NCBI GenBank assembly: GCA_024679065.1
Contig: JAGIQG010000043.1
Coordinates: forward strand, 558,001 to 622,000
Direction of reading: 5' to 3'
Source: Sphyrna mokarran
Lineage: Eukaryota
Length of the DNA stretch: 64,000 nt
Made by a program: the position numbers and the translations under genes. Shown here one piece after another: positions 11,771 to 24,509 of this stretch. The notes under the pieces were generated by a model. It was not told the DNA's origin and did not search any database. It saw nothing but the letters and a program-made list of their open reading frames with translations. Position 1 is the first letter of the stretch. Every line of letters starts with the position of its first letter.

Positions 11771-13891
11771 CCTAATAATGACCCCTTGAACAATAGGGCT
11801 GCCCCGTGACGAGAGACAGGAAAAATACATTTATATTTCCCGTAGAACAGAAAAATGAGACTTCAACTCATTGAAACACGCTATTTTGAAGGATGGCATG
11901 CCAGATCCGAAAGAGTTTGATTCCATTGGCTGGAAAATATGTCACAAGGCGACATAATCTCAGGATAAAAAAAATTGGCATTTGAGAATGAGAGAAGAAT
12001 TTTCTGCACCTAGAGGATAATGGATCTTTGGGATCTACACAAGTGACCTGTCGATATTCAGTCACTCATAACTCAGTCCCTGGTGCTGTGAGGCAGCGGT
12101 ACTATCTACTGTGTCACCATGCTGCCCAGGAACCTAGTCAATGGAGTAGAAGTCAATGGTGACGGGCAGAAGCAGGATCAATCAATTTAATGTTGTAACT
12201 GGAAAATAGGGACTCAAACTACGGATCAAACACCTAGGCTCAAAATTCAAATGTTAACGATCAAAACGCATTGTGTAAAAAGTATTTTGAGTAGGAGTTA
12301 TTCACTCTTATGAAAAAGAAAAGAGTTAGTATTTTAAAATTATGAATATTAGAGGAACATTTATTCAAATGATCCAATTAAACTTCCCGGTAGGATCCGC
12401 CGCTTTAGTGAAACAAAGCCCTAATTAGATACAGTTTAGAACATGGTTTTCCGTGATACTTACTGCAAAGCGTCAACATGCACCACCCTAACAGAACGGG
12501 AATACTTAGAAACTGTCGTGGAACAAATCTTTCATTATTGTGAGAGTCATCAGACAGTCCATCCAATGAAAATATTTAAAAATAATGTTTTTGTTTCTTT
12601 ACAAGACTGAGACGACGAGAGGACACAGATTTAAGGTGCAGGGAAGCAAATACCAAGGAGATGTCAGGGGTAGGTTTTTCACTCAGAGGGTGGTGAGTGA
12701 AAGGAACCGACTGCTGTCGGAGGTTGTTGATGCAAACTCACTGGGGTCTGTTAAGACACTTCTGGATGAGTATATGGAAAATAATAGGATAAGGGGTTAT
12801 AGATAGGTCTGTGGATTGGTAGATGTGATCGGCGCAACTGTTGGGCTGAAGGGCCTGTTTGTGTTGTATTGTTCTATGTTCTATGAGACAATTATTCCGT
12901 CCGGGTACATTCAAAAGAATGAGGAGAAACAGAGTGGGGAAATCAGAGCTGGATCCATACATCTTAAAGTGAAGGCCGGGGTGGAAAGAATTAGTGCCAC
13001 AATGGTTCAGAGGTGAACAGAGAGGGTGCTCCATCCAGAGAGATTGAAATGCTCTTCAAAAAGCTATGACCTTTAAAGTGAAGGAAACAAATCGTAAAAT
13101 TTTGCAACAGAGAGCGGGGCTTGGCAGCAGGTAGAGAAAAGCAGAGAAGCGTTGGCTGTAGCCACACTTGCATGGTATGACCTTAAGAAAGACGCCTCAC
13201 TCACAGCCCTTTTCAGGGGGTGTGCAAAGCACATCAAAGCAGAAATGTCTTGAGACAAATAGTTTTCTGAGACTACAACTCACCGTGTTTTTTGTTTCGT
13301 ATTTTTTTTAACGGTTGAGGTGCTACACTTGTCCAACTGCCTCCAAAGATCAGAAGCTGAGACACAATGTAAAACCGCAGAGAGAAGACAGTTGGGCATC
13401 CAAGATAGATTTAGCTGAACAGAGAACTTACTAATTTTTAATTAAACCATACTACAGGAAGCTATTCAAAAGACAATTAGTCAGCATTTGGAAGCATTAT
13501 TAGGGTTGAGTACAACTGTACACTTAGCAGAAACCCCCTAACCTCCCGCTCCTCGCTACTCCGATTCACAACAGATTCGCTCATTTCATCTGCAGCTCAG
13601 AGGAACTGCAGTTTGTACGTTCTACACTCAAGCAGCAAATCACTGAGATTTTCAACACAATTTCAATCAAGTCACATATAATTCATAGAATATTTTCCCT
13701 TCTCTTCATGAGGCAGCTTGCATCAGGAATCTTATGTGCAACCTCTTTACGGAAGTTGAGGTTCCGTAAAGAAACCTATGATTAATCTAATAGGATTAAT
13801 CATAATTACGTTACAGCACTCTGGCAAACTTTTAGCAGTGTTGCCTCACAGCGCCTGGGACCTGGCTTGGATTCCTGCCTTGGGTGACTGT

Positions 13892-14604
13892 TGTCGTAGT
13901 TCCCCAGGACGACAATACACTTTTAGCTTATTAAATGAGAGTCTGAGCCTTGATTTTCCAGGTAGTAAGACTTTATTCTCCAGCACACGAGAATAAAGCC
14001 GGGATGTCCGGAACAATCCAGTGAAATGCTCACTTACAGCTTGTCTGATACAGTTTGCAGATACATGCCCTGAGATTCTTATCTCATCCTCAAGGCTGGC
14101 TTATCTTTAACCACCATTAGTACTGGCTCTGCTAATAATTTACCTTGTCGTGGATTGGTCACTAATCGATGCATTTACTACTCTGTGAAACCAGTTTGTT
14201 TATACGACAGTTCCGCCCTTTGCCCTCAGCCCATTAACGTTGTTTATACACAATGGCGGCTTAGCTAGACTTTAAACTAAGTGACAAAGAGAATATATGT
14301 ACTCCATCCCTGTTTTCTGGGCCATAGTGTGACCATTGTTTCTCAAGGTTTAACTGCCTACAGCTGCTTACACTCAATGTTTAATAAATGCTTACCATTC
14401 CTGATTCTATCACATTAGCCACCATACATTCAATTACATTAAATAACATACTGGGCTCATTATATTTCAACATCCTGCCAGCGATGGGCAGGATGTTGAA
14501 ATATAGCCCTCATGTTAATGAGGCTATATTTCGCATTTTACTGCTGCTACTACAAATATTCTCTCACACACATTTTACTGCTGCTACTACAATATTCTCT
14601 TACA
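13892..14604 (-). mobile_element. Solo LTR (713 bp) inserted into a SINE
   Basis: Termini TGT...ACA. 4-bp TSD CTGT at 13888-13891 and 14605-14608. The host SINE reads continuously across it. AATAAA on the minus strand near 13975 and a ~28-bp direct repeat near the other end. Confidence 0.8.
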
Positions 14605-15290
14605 CTGTCTGCCTGGAGTTTGCATGTTCTCCACATGTCTGCACAGGTTTCTTCTGGGTGCTCCGTTTTCCTCCCACAGTCTGAAAAATGTGCAGTTTGG
14701 GTGAATTGCCCCTGCTAAATTGCCTCGTCGTGTCCAAATATGCGTAGGTTAGACTGATTAGCCACGCTAAATTGTCCCGTAGTGTCCAAACATTTGCAGG
14801 TTAGGCGGATTGACTATGCTAAGTTGTCCTTTAGTGTTCAACGATGTGCTAGAAAGATAGATTGCTAATGCTAAATTCATAAGATAGGATCATAGAAGCC
14901 TTGCAATGTAGATTTTACCCTTAGTGTCCCAAGGTGCGTAGACTAGGTAGATTGACCTTACTAAATTGCCCCTTGTATCAACAGATGTGCAGGTTAGTGG
15001 ATTGGCCATGCTAAATTGCCTCTTGTATCCAAAGATGCGCCCGTTAAGTGGATTGGCCATACTAAGTTGTCTCTTTGTGTCCAAAAATGTGAGGTTAGGT
15101 GGGTTGACCACGCTAACTTGTCCCTTATTGTCCAAATATGTGTATGTTTGGTGGTTTGTCCATGCTAAATTGACTTTTCGTGTCTTACGATGTACAGGCT
15201 AGGTGAATTAGCCATGGTAAATCTGTGCTGTTGTGGAGATAAGGTGGGTGATGTGGACCTGGGTAAATTGGTGCTTCCTTCTGCACTGTC
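14605..15290 (+). repeat. SINE body with ~10 tandem ~52-bp units (head at about 13815-13891, split by the LTR)
   Basis: CTAAATTG(C)CCCTTAGTGTCCAAAGATGTGCAGGTTAGG units starting at 14715, 14767, 14819 and onward. Confidence 0.85.
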
Positions 15291-15524
15291 TATGATTGTA
15301 TTCTGAATTCTTGCCAGTTCACATTAAGGGTTCTACCCCCAGACGACAAGGACAGATTAACATGAACACCAAAAAGATAAAGTGCCCCTCTAGGCTGCAG
15401 ATCATTCTGATTTGGAACTAAACCACCAACTATTCCGTCATTACCCGTTTACAAATCTGGCATCACTCTCCTAAAATGAACTGTGAGCGAACACAGGGGT
15501 TAAATAGGGCGGGTCAAATGGAAC

Positions 15525-16035
15525 TATCAAATCCTACAGTGCAGAAGAATGCCATTCGGCCCCTCGAGTCTGCACCGATTATACTTCCACGCAGACCGAA
15601 TCCCCATAACCGATGAATTTATCCTAGCTCGTTCCTCTGACACTAAGGGGCAATTTAACATTGCCAAACCATTGGACACTAAAGTTTAATGTAGCATAGA
15701 TAATGCACCTAACCTGCATACCTTTAGAGAATAAGGGGAAATTTAGCATGGCTGATCGACCTAACCCACACCTCATTGGGCACTAAGGGGCAATTTAACA
15801 CGGCCAGCCCACCCAACCTGCACATCTTTGGACATTAAGGGGCAATTTAGCGTCCAATCCATCAAACCTGCATATCTTGGGACGTTAAGGGGCAATTTAG
15901 CGGACAATCCACCCAACCTCAACATTTTTGGATGCTAAGAGACAATTTAGCTTGGCCAATTTACCCAACCTGCACATTTTTGGAGACTAAGGGGCAATTT
16001 GGCATGACCAATCCACCTAACCTGCACATCTTTGG
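15525..16035 (-). repeat. SINE with ~8 tandem ~50-52-bp units
   Basis: GGCAATTTAG-like repeats at 15841, 15891, 15941 and 15993. Confidence 0.85.
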
Positions 16036-16091
16036 TGATCATCATTTTCGAAAGAACAATGCACTCTGTCCTTGCCCAGAAGTTCACATTC

Positions 16092-16794
16092 ATAGAACAT
16101 AGAACATAGAACATTACAGCACAGAACAGGCCCTTCGGCCTTCAATGTTGCGCCGACCAATATAAAAAGCAATGACCCTCCAAACTAAACCATCCCTTCT
16201 CTTCCATATACGTATCAACTAACCTCTCAAACGCCACCAAACTTGGCGCATCTACAACGGCCGCAGGCAGGGCATTCCACTCCCTAACCACCCTCTGGGT
16301 AAAGAACCTACCTCTGATATCCGTCCTATAACTATCACCCCTTAATTTAAAGCTGTGTCCCCTCGTGCTAGCTTTCTCCATCCTAGGAAAAAGGCTATCA
16401 CTGTCCACCCTATCTAAACCTCTAATCACTTTATATGTTTCGATAAGGTCTCCTCTTCGCCGCCTTCTTTCTAATGAAAACAACCTCAAATCCCTCAACC
16501 TCTTCATAAGACCTGCCCTCAATACCAGGCAGCATCCTGGTAAACCTCCTCTGTAACCTCTCCAATGCCTCCACATCTTTCTTACAATGTGGGCGCCAGA
16601 ACTGCACACAATACTCCAAGTGCGGCCGCACTAGAGTTTTGTACAGTTGCAACATGACGTTGCGGCTCCGAAATTCAATCCCCCTACCAATAAAAGCTAA
16701 GACTCCGTATGCCTTCTTAACAACCTTATCGACTTGACTGCCTACTTTCAGGGATCTATGCACAAATACACCAAGATCCCTCTGTTCATCAACA
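16092..16794 (-). mobile_element. 5'-truncated CR1 subfamily A
   Basis: ORFs 16431-16763 and 16142-16609; ATGTTCT tail. Confidence 0.95.
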
Positions 16795-17087
16795 CAGATT
16801 CGCGAATGAATTGGAATTTAGCTGAAATAGAAAACCTATCAACAGACAATAAATGTGCTGCAACACTTCCTGAAGACATGCTGCCTGTTCGTCGCTGTGA
16901 TACACAGTCAATGACCACACTCTGTCAAGTGAATGTGGAATTCACCAGCACACCGCAAGAAACTGGTGTCATAGTTTCCATTGCACAACCCGTCATAATT
17001 TCCACTGTATCTGAAGGGAACGAAACTCCCTTGAGCTCAGGTCAACCTGCGGCCATTAACCCTACAGAAACTAATTGATTACGTAAC

Positions 17088-17915
17088 AGTTTACAGAGTG
17101 ACTTGGACAAGTTGCAGAGCTGGGCCGAGAGGTGGCAAATGGAGTTTAATGTGGAAAAGTGTGAGGTAATGCATTTGGCAGGAACAATAAAGTGTAAGTA
17201 TAGGGCTAATGGTAGGGCTCTTATAGTGTTGAGGAACAGAAGGATCTGGTGTATGTGTCAATAGATCCCTGAAAGTAGGCAGTCAAGTGGATAAAGTTGT
17301 TAAGAAGGCATATGGAGTCTTAGCTTTATTGGTAGGGGGATTGAATTTAGGAGCCGCAGCATCATGTTGCAACTGTACAAAACTCTAGTGCGGCCGCACT
17401 TGGAGTATTGTGTGCAGTTCTGGTCGCCACATAAAGAAAGATGTGGAGGCATTGGAGAGGGTACAGAGGAGGTTTACAGGATGTGCCTGGTATGGAGGGC
17501 AGGTCCTATGAAGAGAGGTTGAAGGATTTGAGTTGTTTTCGTTAGAAAGGAGGCGGCTAAGGGGGATCTTATTGAAATATAAGATATTAGAGGTTTGATA
17601 GGGTGGACAGTGATAGCTTTTTCCTAGGATGGAAAAGCTAGCACGAGGGGACACACTTTAAATTAAGGGTATGAGTTATAGGACGGATATCAGAGGTAGG
17701 TTCTTTACTCAAAGAGTGATTAGGGAGTGGAATGCCCTGCCTGCAGCTGTTGTAGATGCGCCAAGTTGGTGGCGTTAAGAGGTTAGTGATAAGTATATGG
17801 ATGAGAAGGGAATGGTTTAGTTAGGAGGGGCATTGCTTTTTATTTTGGTCGGCACAACATCGAAGGCCGAAGGGCCTGTTCTGTGCTGTATTGTTCTATG
17901 TTCTATGTTCTATGT
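17088..17915 (+). mobile_element. 5'-truncated CR1 subfamily A with many 1-bp deletions
   Basis: Colinear with 44805-45654 apart from scattered single-base deletions. Confidence 0.95.
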
Positions 17916-18327
17916 AGAAATGGCACGTAAAGTTGTCCAAAGAATGAATATATACAAGACTCATTTTGTTGCCGTCGCACATTTATGGTGAGTAAAAGAG
18001 GGTAAGAATTACCCATTGCAATGATCACACAGCAACAGCTGTGACCTCATGTTCAAATGAAGAGAATTACCCTGTTCATGCGAGTTTGCGTTGTTTTCCT
18101 CACATAAATATTCAGTAAAGGTTCACGAATGCCCTCTAGGAAAGGATATTTGCCGTCCTTACCTGGTTTGCCCGACATGTGACTCCAGAGTCGTAGCAAT
18201 ATTGTTGACCCTTAACTCCCCTCGGACAACAAGGGATGGGAAATAACATTTTTAAAGTTAAATTTATTTACTAGTTTCGCAAGTAAGCTTACATTAATAC
18301 CGGAACAATGTTACTGTGAACATAAAC

Positions 18328-19413
18328 ATTAGCTAATTGGATTAGGAATTGGCTAGCAGATGGAAGACAGAGTGTGGTGGTTGATGGAAGATATTCATCG
18401 TGGAGTTCGGTCACAAGTGGTGTACCTCAGGGATCTGTTTTGGGGCCCCTGCTGTTTGTAATGTTTATAAATGATCTGGATGAGGGTATTGAAGGATGCA
18501 TTAGTAAATTTGCGGATGACACCAAAGTCGGAGGAGTGGTAGATAGTGAAGAGGAGTGTTATAGTTTGCAGAGAGACTTGGACAAGTTGCAGAGCTGGGC
18601 CGAGAGTGGCAAATGGAGTTTAATGTGGAAAAGTGTGAGGTAATTCACTTTGGCAGGAATAACAAATGTGTAGAGTATAGGGCTAAAGGTAGGACTCTTA
18701 ATAGTGTTGATGAACAGAGGGATCTTGGTGTATGTGTGCATAGATCCCTGAAAGTTGGCAATCAAGTCGATAAGGTTGTTAAGAAGGCATATGGAGTCTT
18801 AGCTTTTATTGGTAGGGGGATTGAATTTCGGAGCCGCAACGTCATGTTGCAACTGTACAAAACTCTAGTGCGGCCGCACTTGGAGTATTGTGTGCAGTTC
18901 TGGTCCCCACATTATAAGAAAGATGTGGAGGCATTGGAGAGGGTACAGAGGAGGTTTACCAGGATGTTGCCTGGTATGGAGGGCAGGTCTTATGAAGAGA
19001 GGCTGAGGGATTTGAGGTTGTTTTCGTTAGAAAGAAGGCGGCTAAGAGGAGACCTTATTGAAACATATAAGATGATTAGAGGTTTAGATAGGGTGGACAG
19101 TGATAGCCTTTTTCCTAGGATGGAGAAAGCTAGCACGAGGGGACATAGCTTTAAATTAAGGGGTGGTGGTTATAGGACGGATGTCAGAGGTAGGTTCTTT
19201 ACCCAGAGGGCGGTAAGTGTATGGAATGCCCTGCCTGCGTCAGTTGTAGATGCGCCAAGTTTGTTGGCGTTTAAGAGGTTAGTAGATAAGTTTATGGACG
19301 AAAAGGGAATGGTTTAGGTTAGAGGGTCATTGCTTTTTCCTAATTGGTCGGCGCAACATCGAAGGCCGAAGGGCCTGTTGTGCGCTGTAATGTTCTATTT
19401 TCTATGTTCTATA
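18328..19413 (+). mobile_element. 5'-truncated CR1 subfamily A (RT), inserted in a SINE tail
   Basis: [10 protein letters not shown] and FADD motifs; ORF 18613-19317. Confidence 0.95.
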
Positions 19414-19965
19414 ATCTAGTCGCCACACTCTGGCGCCTGTTTCCGTACAGTGAGGGTTTCGCTAGGAAGACCAACGTACCTAACGAGCACAATGCTTCAA
19501 ATATGGAGGAGACCCGAGCACCCAGCGGAAATTCATGCAATCATGCGCGAACATGCAGACTCCTCACAGAAGGTGGCCAAATTCGGGAATCACAGCCGGG
19601 TCCCTGTGAGGTATCGCTGCTCAACACTGTGTCACTGTGTTGTCCAATGTCCTGGGGAACCTGCGTTCGAATCCCGCTTCGGCAGATGGTGGAATTTGAA
19701 TTCAGCCCCCCCAAAAAATGGAATGAAGATTAACCATCATTGAATTTCGAAAAATCCGTCTGGTTTACTGATATCCTTTAGCGAATGAAATCTGCCTTCT
19801 TGACCGACGCCCGCCTTACGCATGAATCCAGAGTCATCACAATATGGTCGACTTTCGACTGCCCACCAAGGGCAGCGATGGATTGCCAATCGATGTCCAT
19901 GTCCCACGAATGAATAAAAAGATTGCTTGAGTGATCGTTCTATCTACTACCTATGTATCTGTCCA

Positions 19966-20245
19966 NNNNNNNNNNNNNNNNNNNNNNNNNNNNNNNNNNN
20001 NNNNNNNNNNNNNNNNNNNNNNNNNNNNNNNNNNNNNNNNNNNNNNNNNNNNNNNNNNNNNNNNNNNNNNNNNNNNNNNNNNNNNNNNNNNNNNNNNNNN
20101 NNNNNNNNNNNNNNNNNNNNNNNNNNNNNNNNNNNNNNNNNNNNNNNNNNNNNNNNNNNNNNNNNNNNNNNNNNNNNNNNNNNNNNNNNNNNNNNNNNNN
20201 NNNNNNNNNNNNNNNNNNNNNNNNNNNNNNNNNNNNNNNNNNNNN
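19966..20245. other. Assembly gap (280 N)
   Basis: Run of N. Confidence 1.
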
Positions 20246-21309
20246 AATGTGGAAGGAGATTGCAGATTTAAATCTGGAATGGGGGAAATTTTACTTCTAC
20301 CAAAAGAAAGAGAGTTTCTGGAACTCACCACCATAGAGTGCCGGGACATTGAATAAATTAAGGACTATCTTTTAATTAGGAACAGTTTGAAGAGCTGTGA
20401 TGAAAAGGCAGGTCAGTGAATCTGAGGTTCAGATCTGATCAGCTATAACAGTCCTGAATGGCAAAACAGACCGGAGAGGCCAATTTGCCTATTCCTGCTC
20501 CTAGTCCTTAATATTCTTGTGTGTGAGAGGGGAAGATATAGTGGCGGGGGGATGGGGTGTAGGGACCGGGGGGGGGGGGGTGATGCTGAGAGATGTGTGG
20601 GTGGGATGAGGACGCAGTCAAAATATGTGGCAATACATATTCACCCCAACTTTTGTGTGTTGTCTCCTAGTCGCCACACTCTGGCACCTGTACAGGTACA
20701 CCGAGGGAGAATATAGCGTCTAACCAGCATATCTTTTGGATTGTGGGAGGAAACTGGAGCACCCATAGGAAACCCCCACAGACACGGAGATAATGCTGTA
20801 CCGCACAGGCACCAGAGTGTGGCGACTAAGAGATTTTTACACTGACGCCATTGCACGTAACGTCATTGACGTCGTGTAAGCCTACGTGTGACACGAATAA
20901 ATAGACTTTTATTTAAGTCAGAAGCGTGATGGAATACTTTCCACTTTTCTGCATGTGTGTTCCCCAGCGGCATTGAAGACATTTGGCGCCATTCAGTGCA
21001 AAACAGCCCAGTTGATTGATATTATTTCCATAAATATTTCCCACCATCGAGGAACTGTGCCAATAGCGTGCACCATCGACAAGATGAATTGCATATCTCA
21101 CTTAGGGTCCTCATAAAATAGCTTCCAAATCTAGGACTGCCACTTTCTACAAGAAACTGGGGACTAGTATAACGGAGCGCCAGCTCCTTAAGGTTCCCAT
21201 GACTTGGTAATGTACCGTTTATTTTTCACTATTGCTCAGTCAAATCCAGGAGCTTCTTTCTTACCAACACCACATGGAGTGCAGCGCTTCAAGAAAGCAG
21301 CCATCGCCT

Positions 21310-21630
21310 TCATAGAATCCTAGAATCCTACACTGCAGAAAGAAATCCATCGAGTCTGCACCGACCACTAGGCCTACCGCCATATCTCTACACAACTTAC
21401 CCGCTAATCTCTCTAGCCTTAACATCCTAGTATACTAAGGTGTAATTTTGGTACGACCGATCAACCTAATTCGCACGTTTTTGGACTGTGGGAGGGAAAC
21501 GGAGAACCCAGGGGAAACCCACGCAGACACGACGAGAATGTGCAAATTCCACAGAGACAGTGACTTGAGCCGGGATTCGAACCCAGGTTCCTGGAGCTGT
21601 GAAGCAGCAATGCTAACCACTGTGCTACCA
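21310..21630 (-). mobile_element. HE1/V-SINE-like SINE
   Basis: Head GGTAGCACAGTGGTTAGCATTGCTGCTTCACAGC..GGTTCGAATCCCG with A and B boxes, then the V core. Confidence 0.85.
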
Positions 21631-21727
21631 TACCCTTCTCCAGGTATTTTGGGGATGGGCAATTAACTCAGGTCTGGCCAGCGACGCATGAACACTGTAA
21701 ATGAATTTTAATAGTACAATCTTATTA

Positions 21728-22780
21728 TTCACAAGTCTCTGAAGGTGTCTTCACAGGTGGAGAAGGTGATAAAGAAAGCGTATAGTATGTTAGCTTTCAT
21801 AGAAAAGGGTATAGAATACAAGAGTTTGATGTTGCAATTGTATAGAACGTTGGTTAGGCCTCACTTGGAATACTGTGTCCAGTTCTGGTCGCCATACTAT
21901 CGGAAGGATGTGGAGTCCTTGGAGAGAGTGCAGAGGAGGTTTACCAGGATGCTGCCTGATGTGGAAGGACTGTCTTATGAGGAATGATTAAATAGACTGG
22001 GGTTGTTTTCCCTTGAAAGACGTCGGCTTAGAGGGGATCTCATAGAGGTGTATAAGATTATAAGGGTATAGATAGAGTAAATGGAGGTAAACTTTTTCCA
22101 CCTTCAGAAATGGATAGGACGAGGGGTCATGGCCTTAGGGTGAGGGGGGCTAGGTATAAGGCGAATATTAGAGGACAGTTTTTCACACAAAGGATAGTGG
22201 GGGTGTGGAATGCACTGCCGAGTAAGGTGGTGGGAGCAGACACGCTAGGGCTGTTTAAGGGTCTCTTGGACAGCCACATGAGCGTTATGCAGATCGAGGG
22301 ATGTAGTAGGACTGTTTAACTATGGCCTTTTTTTGCACAGGTAATTCGGTCCATACTTGACCAACAAGGGGCATGCATTCGGCAGGTGGTGCGAGGACAG
22401 CTCTTGGATGTTGATTCATGGGTTGCCTGGTGCTTCATGTCGTAAATGAGTGCCTTATCTGGACCATCTGAAGGGCACCATGACAGTTCAGTGACTATCG
22501 CTGTAGCTGTGCAGACACTTGGAATTGGGCTGGTGTCTGCGGGAGTTTGCGCGTTCTCCCTGTGGTTGCGTGGGTTTTCTCCGGGCGCTCCGGTTTCCTC
22601 CCACATCCCAAAAATTCGCTCTTAGGCTGATTGGGGAACAAATTGTCCCTACATTGAGACTCTTCCATATTAGGAATAACCTAAAATTAGAATAGGATAA
22701 TGCAATTGTTACTATATAGTTATGACGGCGGCGCGAGCTCGTTGGGCCGAAGGGCCTGTTTCCCATGCTGTGTTGCTCTA
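21728..22780 (+). mobile_element. CR1 subfamily B 3' fragment
   Basis: ORFs 21745-21987 and 22110-22319; 3' UTR like 9120-9570. Confidence 0.9.
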
Positions 22781-23254
22781 AAAAAATCTTCTTTCCTGAT
22801 TGATGCTAGTAGCAGTGAAAAATTCTCTTCTCAACTGGCAGCATGCTGAGGGATGTTTGAGAGAGCTGCTGCAGGAGCACAATAGGGGAAGATCGAAGGC
22901 ATTCCTACCATTGCCCACCTAGGGGTGGGTAATTTTCTGGAACACCTCTCTCATAATGAACGTATATGGTGAATATTAGATAGATCATAATTGTATTCAA
23001 GCATCTTAGACTGTAACTTGATTATTGTGGGCAAATTTATTGCTAATGCACTTTTGCAACTGGCCGTTTTGATCCATCTCTAATGTTCCTTTGATTGGAT
23101 TGAAGCACACCAGATGTAACACGATCTATGAAGAGAAGTTGAGCATCTTTAAAATGCAGATATTTTCAGCTACAGAAAAATGTAACTTTATTAATATCTT
23201 AATATGTCTCACGTATAAATGGACAACTAAATGAATCAAGTTGGGGAGAATAAG

Positions 23255-23795
23255 TGTATGCGCACGCGCATGTGCGCGTGAGAGAGAGAGAGACTGTATA
23301 TAAGTGAATGAGTGAGAGTGTGTTTCTGTATGTGTGTGAGTGCGTGTGTATGTTTGTTAACATATGTGCATGAGTATGTGAGTGTTTTGACTGTGTGTGT
23401 ATATGTGTGTGAGTGTGTGTGTGTGTCTGTTTTTGACTTTGTGAGTGTGTGTAATTGTGTGTATGTGTGCGTGAATGCGTGTGTGAGTTTGTTTGGTGAA
23501 GTTTTTTTATATATGTGAGGGTGTATGTGTGGGAATGTGAGTATGTGTGTGAATGTGTGTGTGTGTCTGTGTCTGTGCGTGCGTTTGAGTGTATGTAAGT
23601 GATTGTGTGCATGTATGCGTCTGTATGAATGAGTCTGTGTTTGTGTGTGAATGAGTGTATGTCAGTGCGCGTGCGCATATATTTGTGTGTTTGTGTGTGT
23701 GTGTGTTTGTCTGCGTGTGTGTATACGAGTGTGAGTTTCAGTGCTTTTATGAGTATGTATCAGTGAATATGTATGTGTGAGAGACAGTGAATATG
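23255..23795 (+). repeat. Degenerate (TG)n low-complexity tract
   Basis: About 540 bp of TG/GA dinucleotide repeats. Confidence 0.95.
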
Positions 23796-24509
23796 TGATT
23801 GGATGGACCTGATGGAAATGGATTTTTTTTATGTATGTTTGCAATTTCTTGCTCTTCTTCAGTAGGCCGATGCTTATCTCTTAAAACATCCACAAACTCC
23901 ACCTCTGAACACGCAGCAGGAAGTGGGAAACTGAAAAAAAAAACAAATATGGAAAAAGCAATGATGTCACGTGAATACCTTTGTCATAAAACCAACACAG
24001 TGGCCCAGACGGCTTCATAATTGGATGATACTTAGACACGGGATAGATTAATTTGAAATCTTATTTAAATATTTTTGTATGTTTTGGCCACACCTGGAGT
24101 ACTGTGTAAAGTTTTGGTCTCCTTACTTGAGAAAGGGTATACTGGCATTGGAGGGGGTGCAGAGGAGATTCACTAAGTTTATGCCGGAGTTGAGAAGGTT
24201 GGCTTAGGAGAACAGAACGACTAGGCAGGTATTGTACTCATTGGAATTCAGAAGAATGAAGGGAGGTCTTACAGAACCATAGAAGATTATGAGGTGAATA
24301 GATAAGATAGAAGCAGGGAAGCTGTTCCCACCGGCGGGTGGAACTAGAACTAAGGAGAATTGCCTCAAAATAAGGGGAAGCAGATTGAAGCTGAGTGAAT
24401 GAGGAACATCTTCACGCAAAGAGTTGTGAATCTGTACAATTCCCTGCCCAGTGAAGCAGTGGAGGCTAACTCTTTGAATGTTTTTACTTAAGGAAACAAT
24501 AGATTTTTT

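Noticed and set aside
14700-16035. CRISPR-like array
   Set aside because: Eukaryotic context; the units are contiguous diverged tandem repeats without unique spacers.
16734-17078. 114-aa S/T-rich ORF between two CR1s
   Set aside because: Starts in antisense CR1 sequence; no splice support or homology recognisable.
19927-20356. ORFs spanning the N gap (also 62083-62494)
   Set aside because: Artefacts of translating Ns.
23199-23844. His/Thr-rich and Cys/Val-rich ORFs
   Set aside because: Translations of a (TG)n tract.
23800-23930. Strong minus-strand acceptor (tttttttcag) as an extra exon
   Set aside because: Lies beyond the stop and poly(A) signal, has no convincing donor or domain, and runs into a microsatellite.
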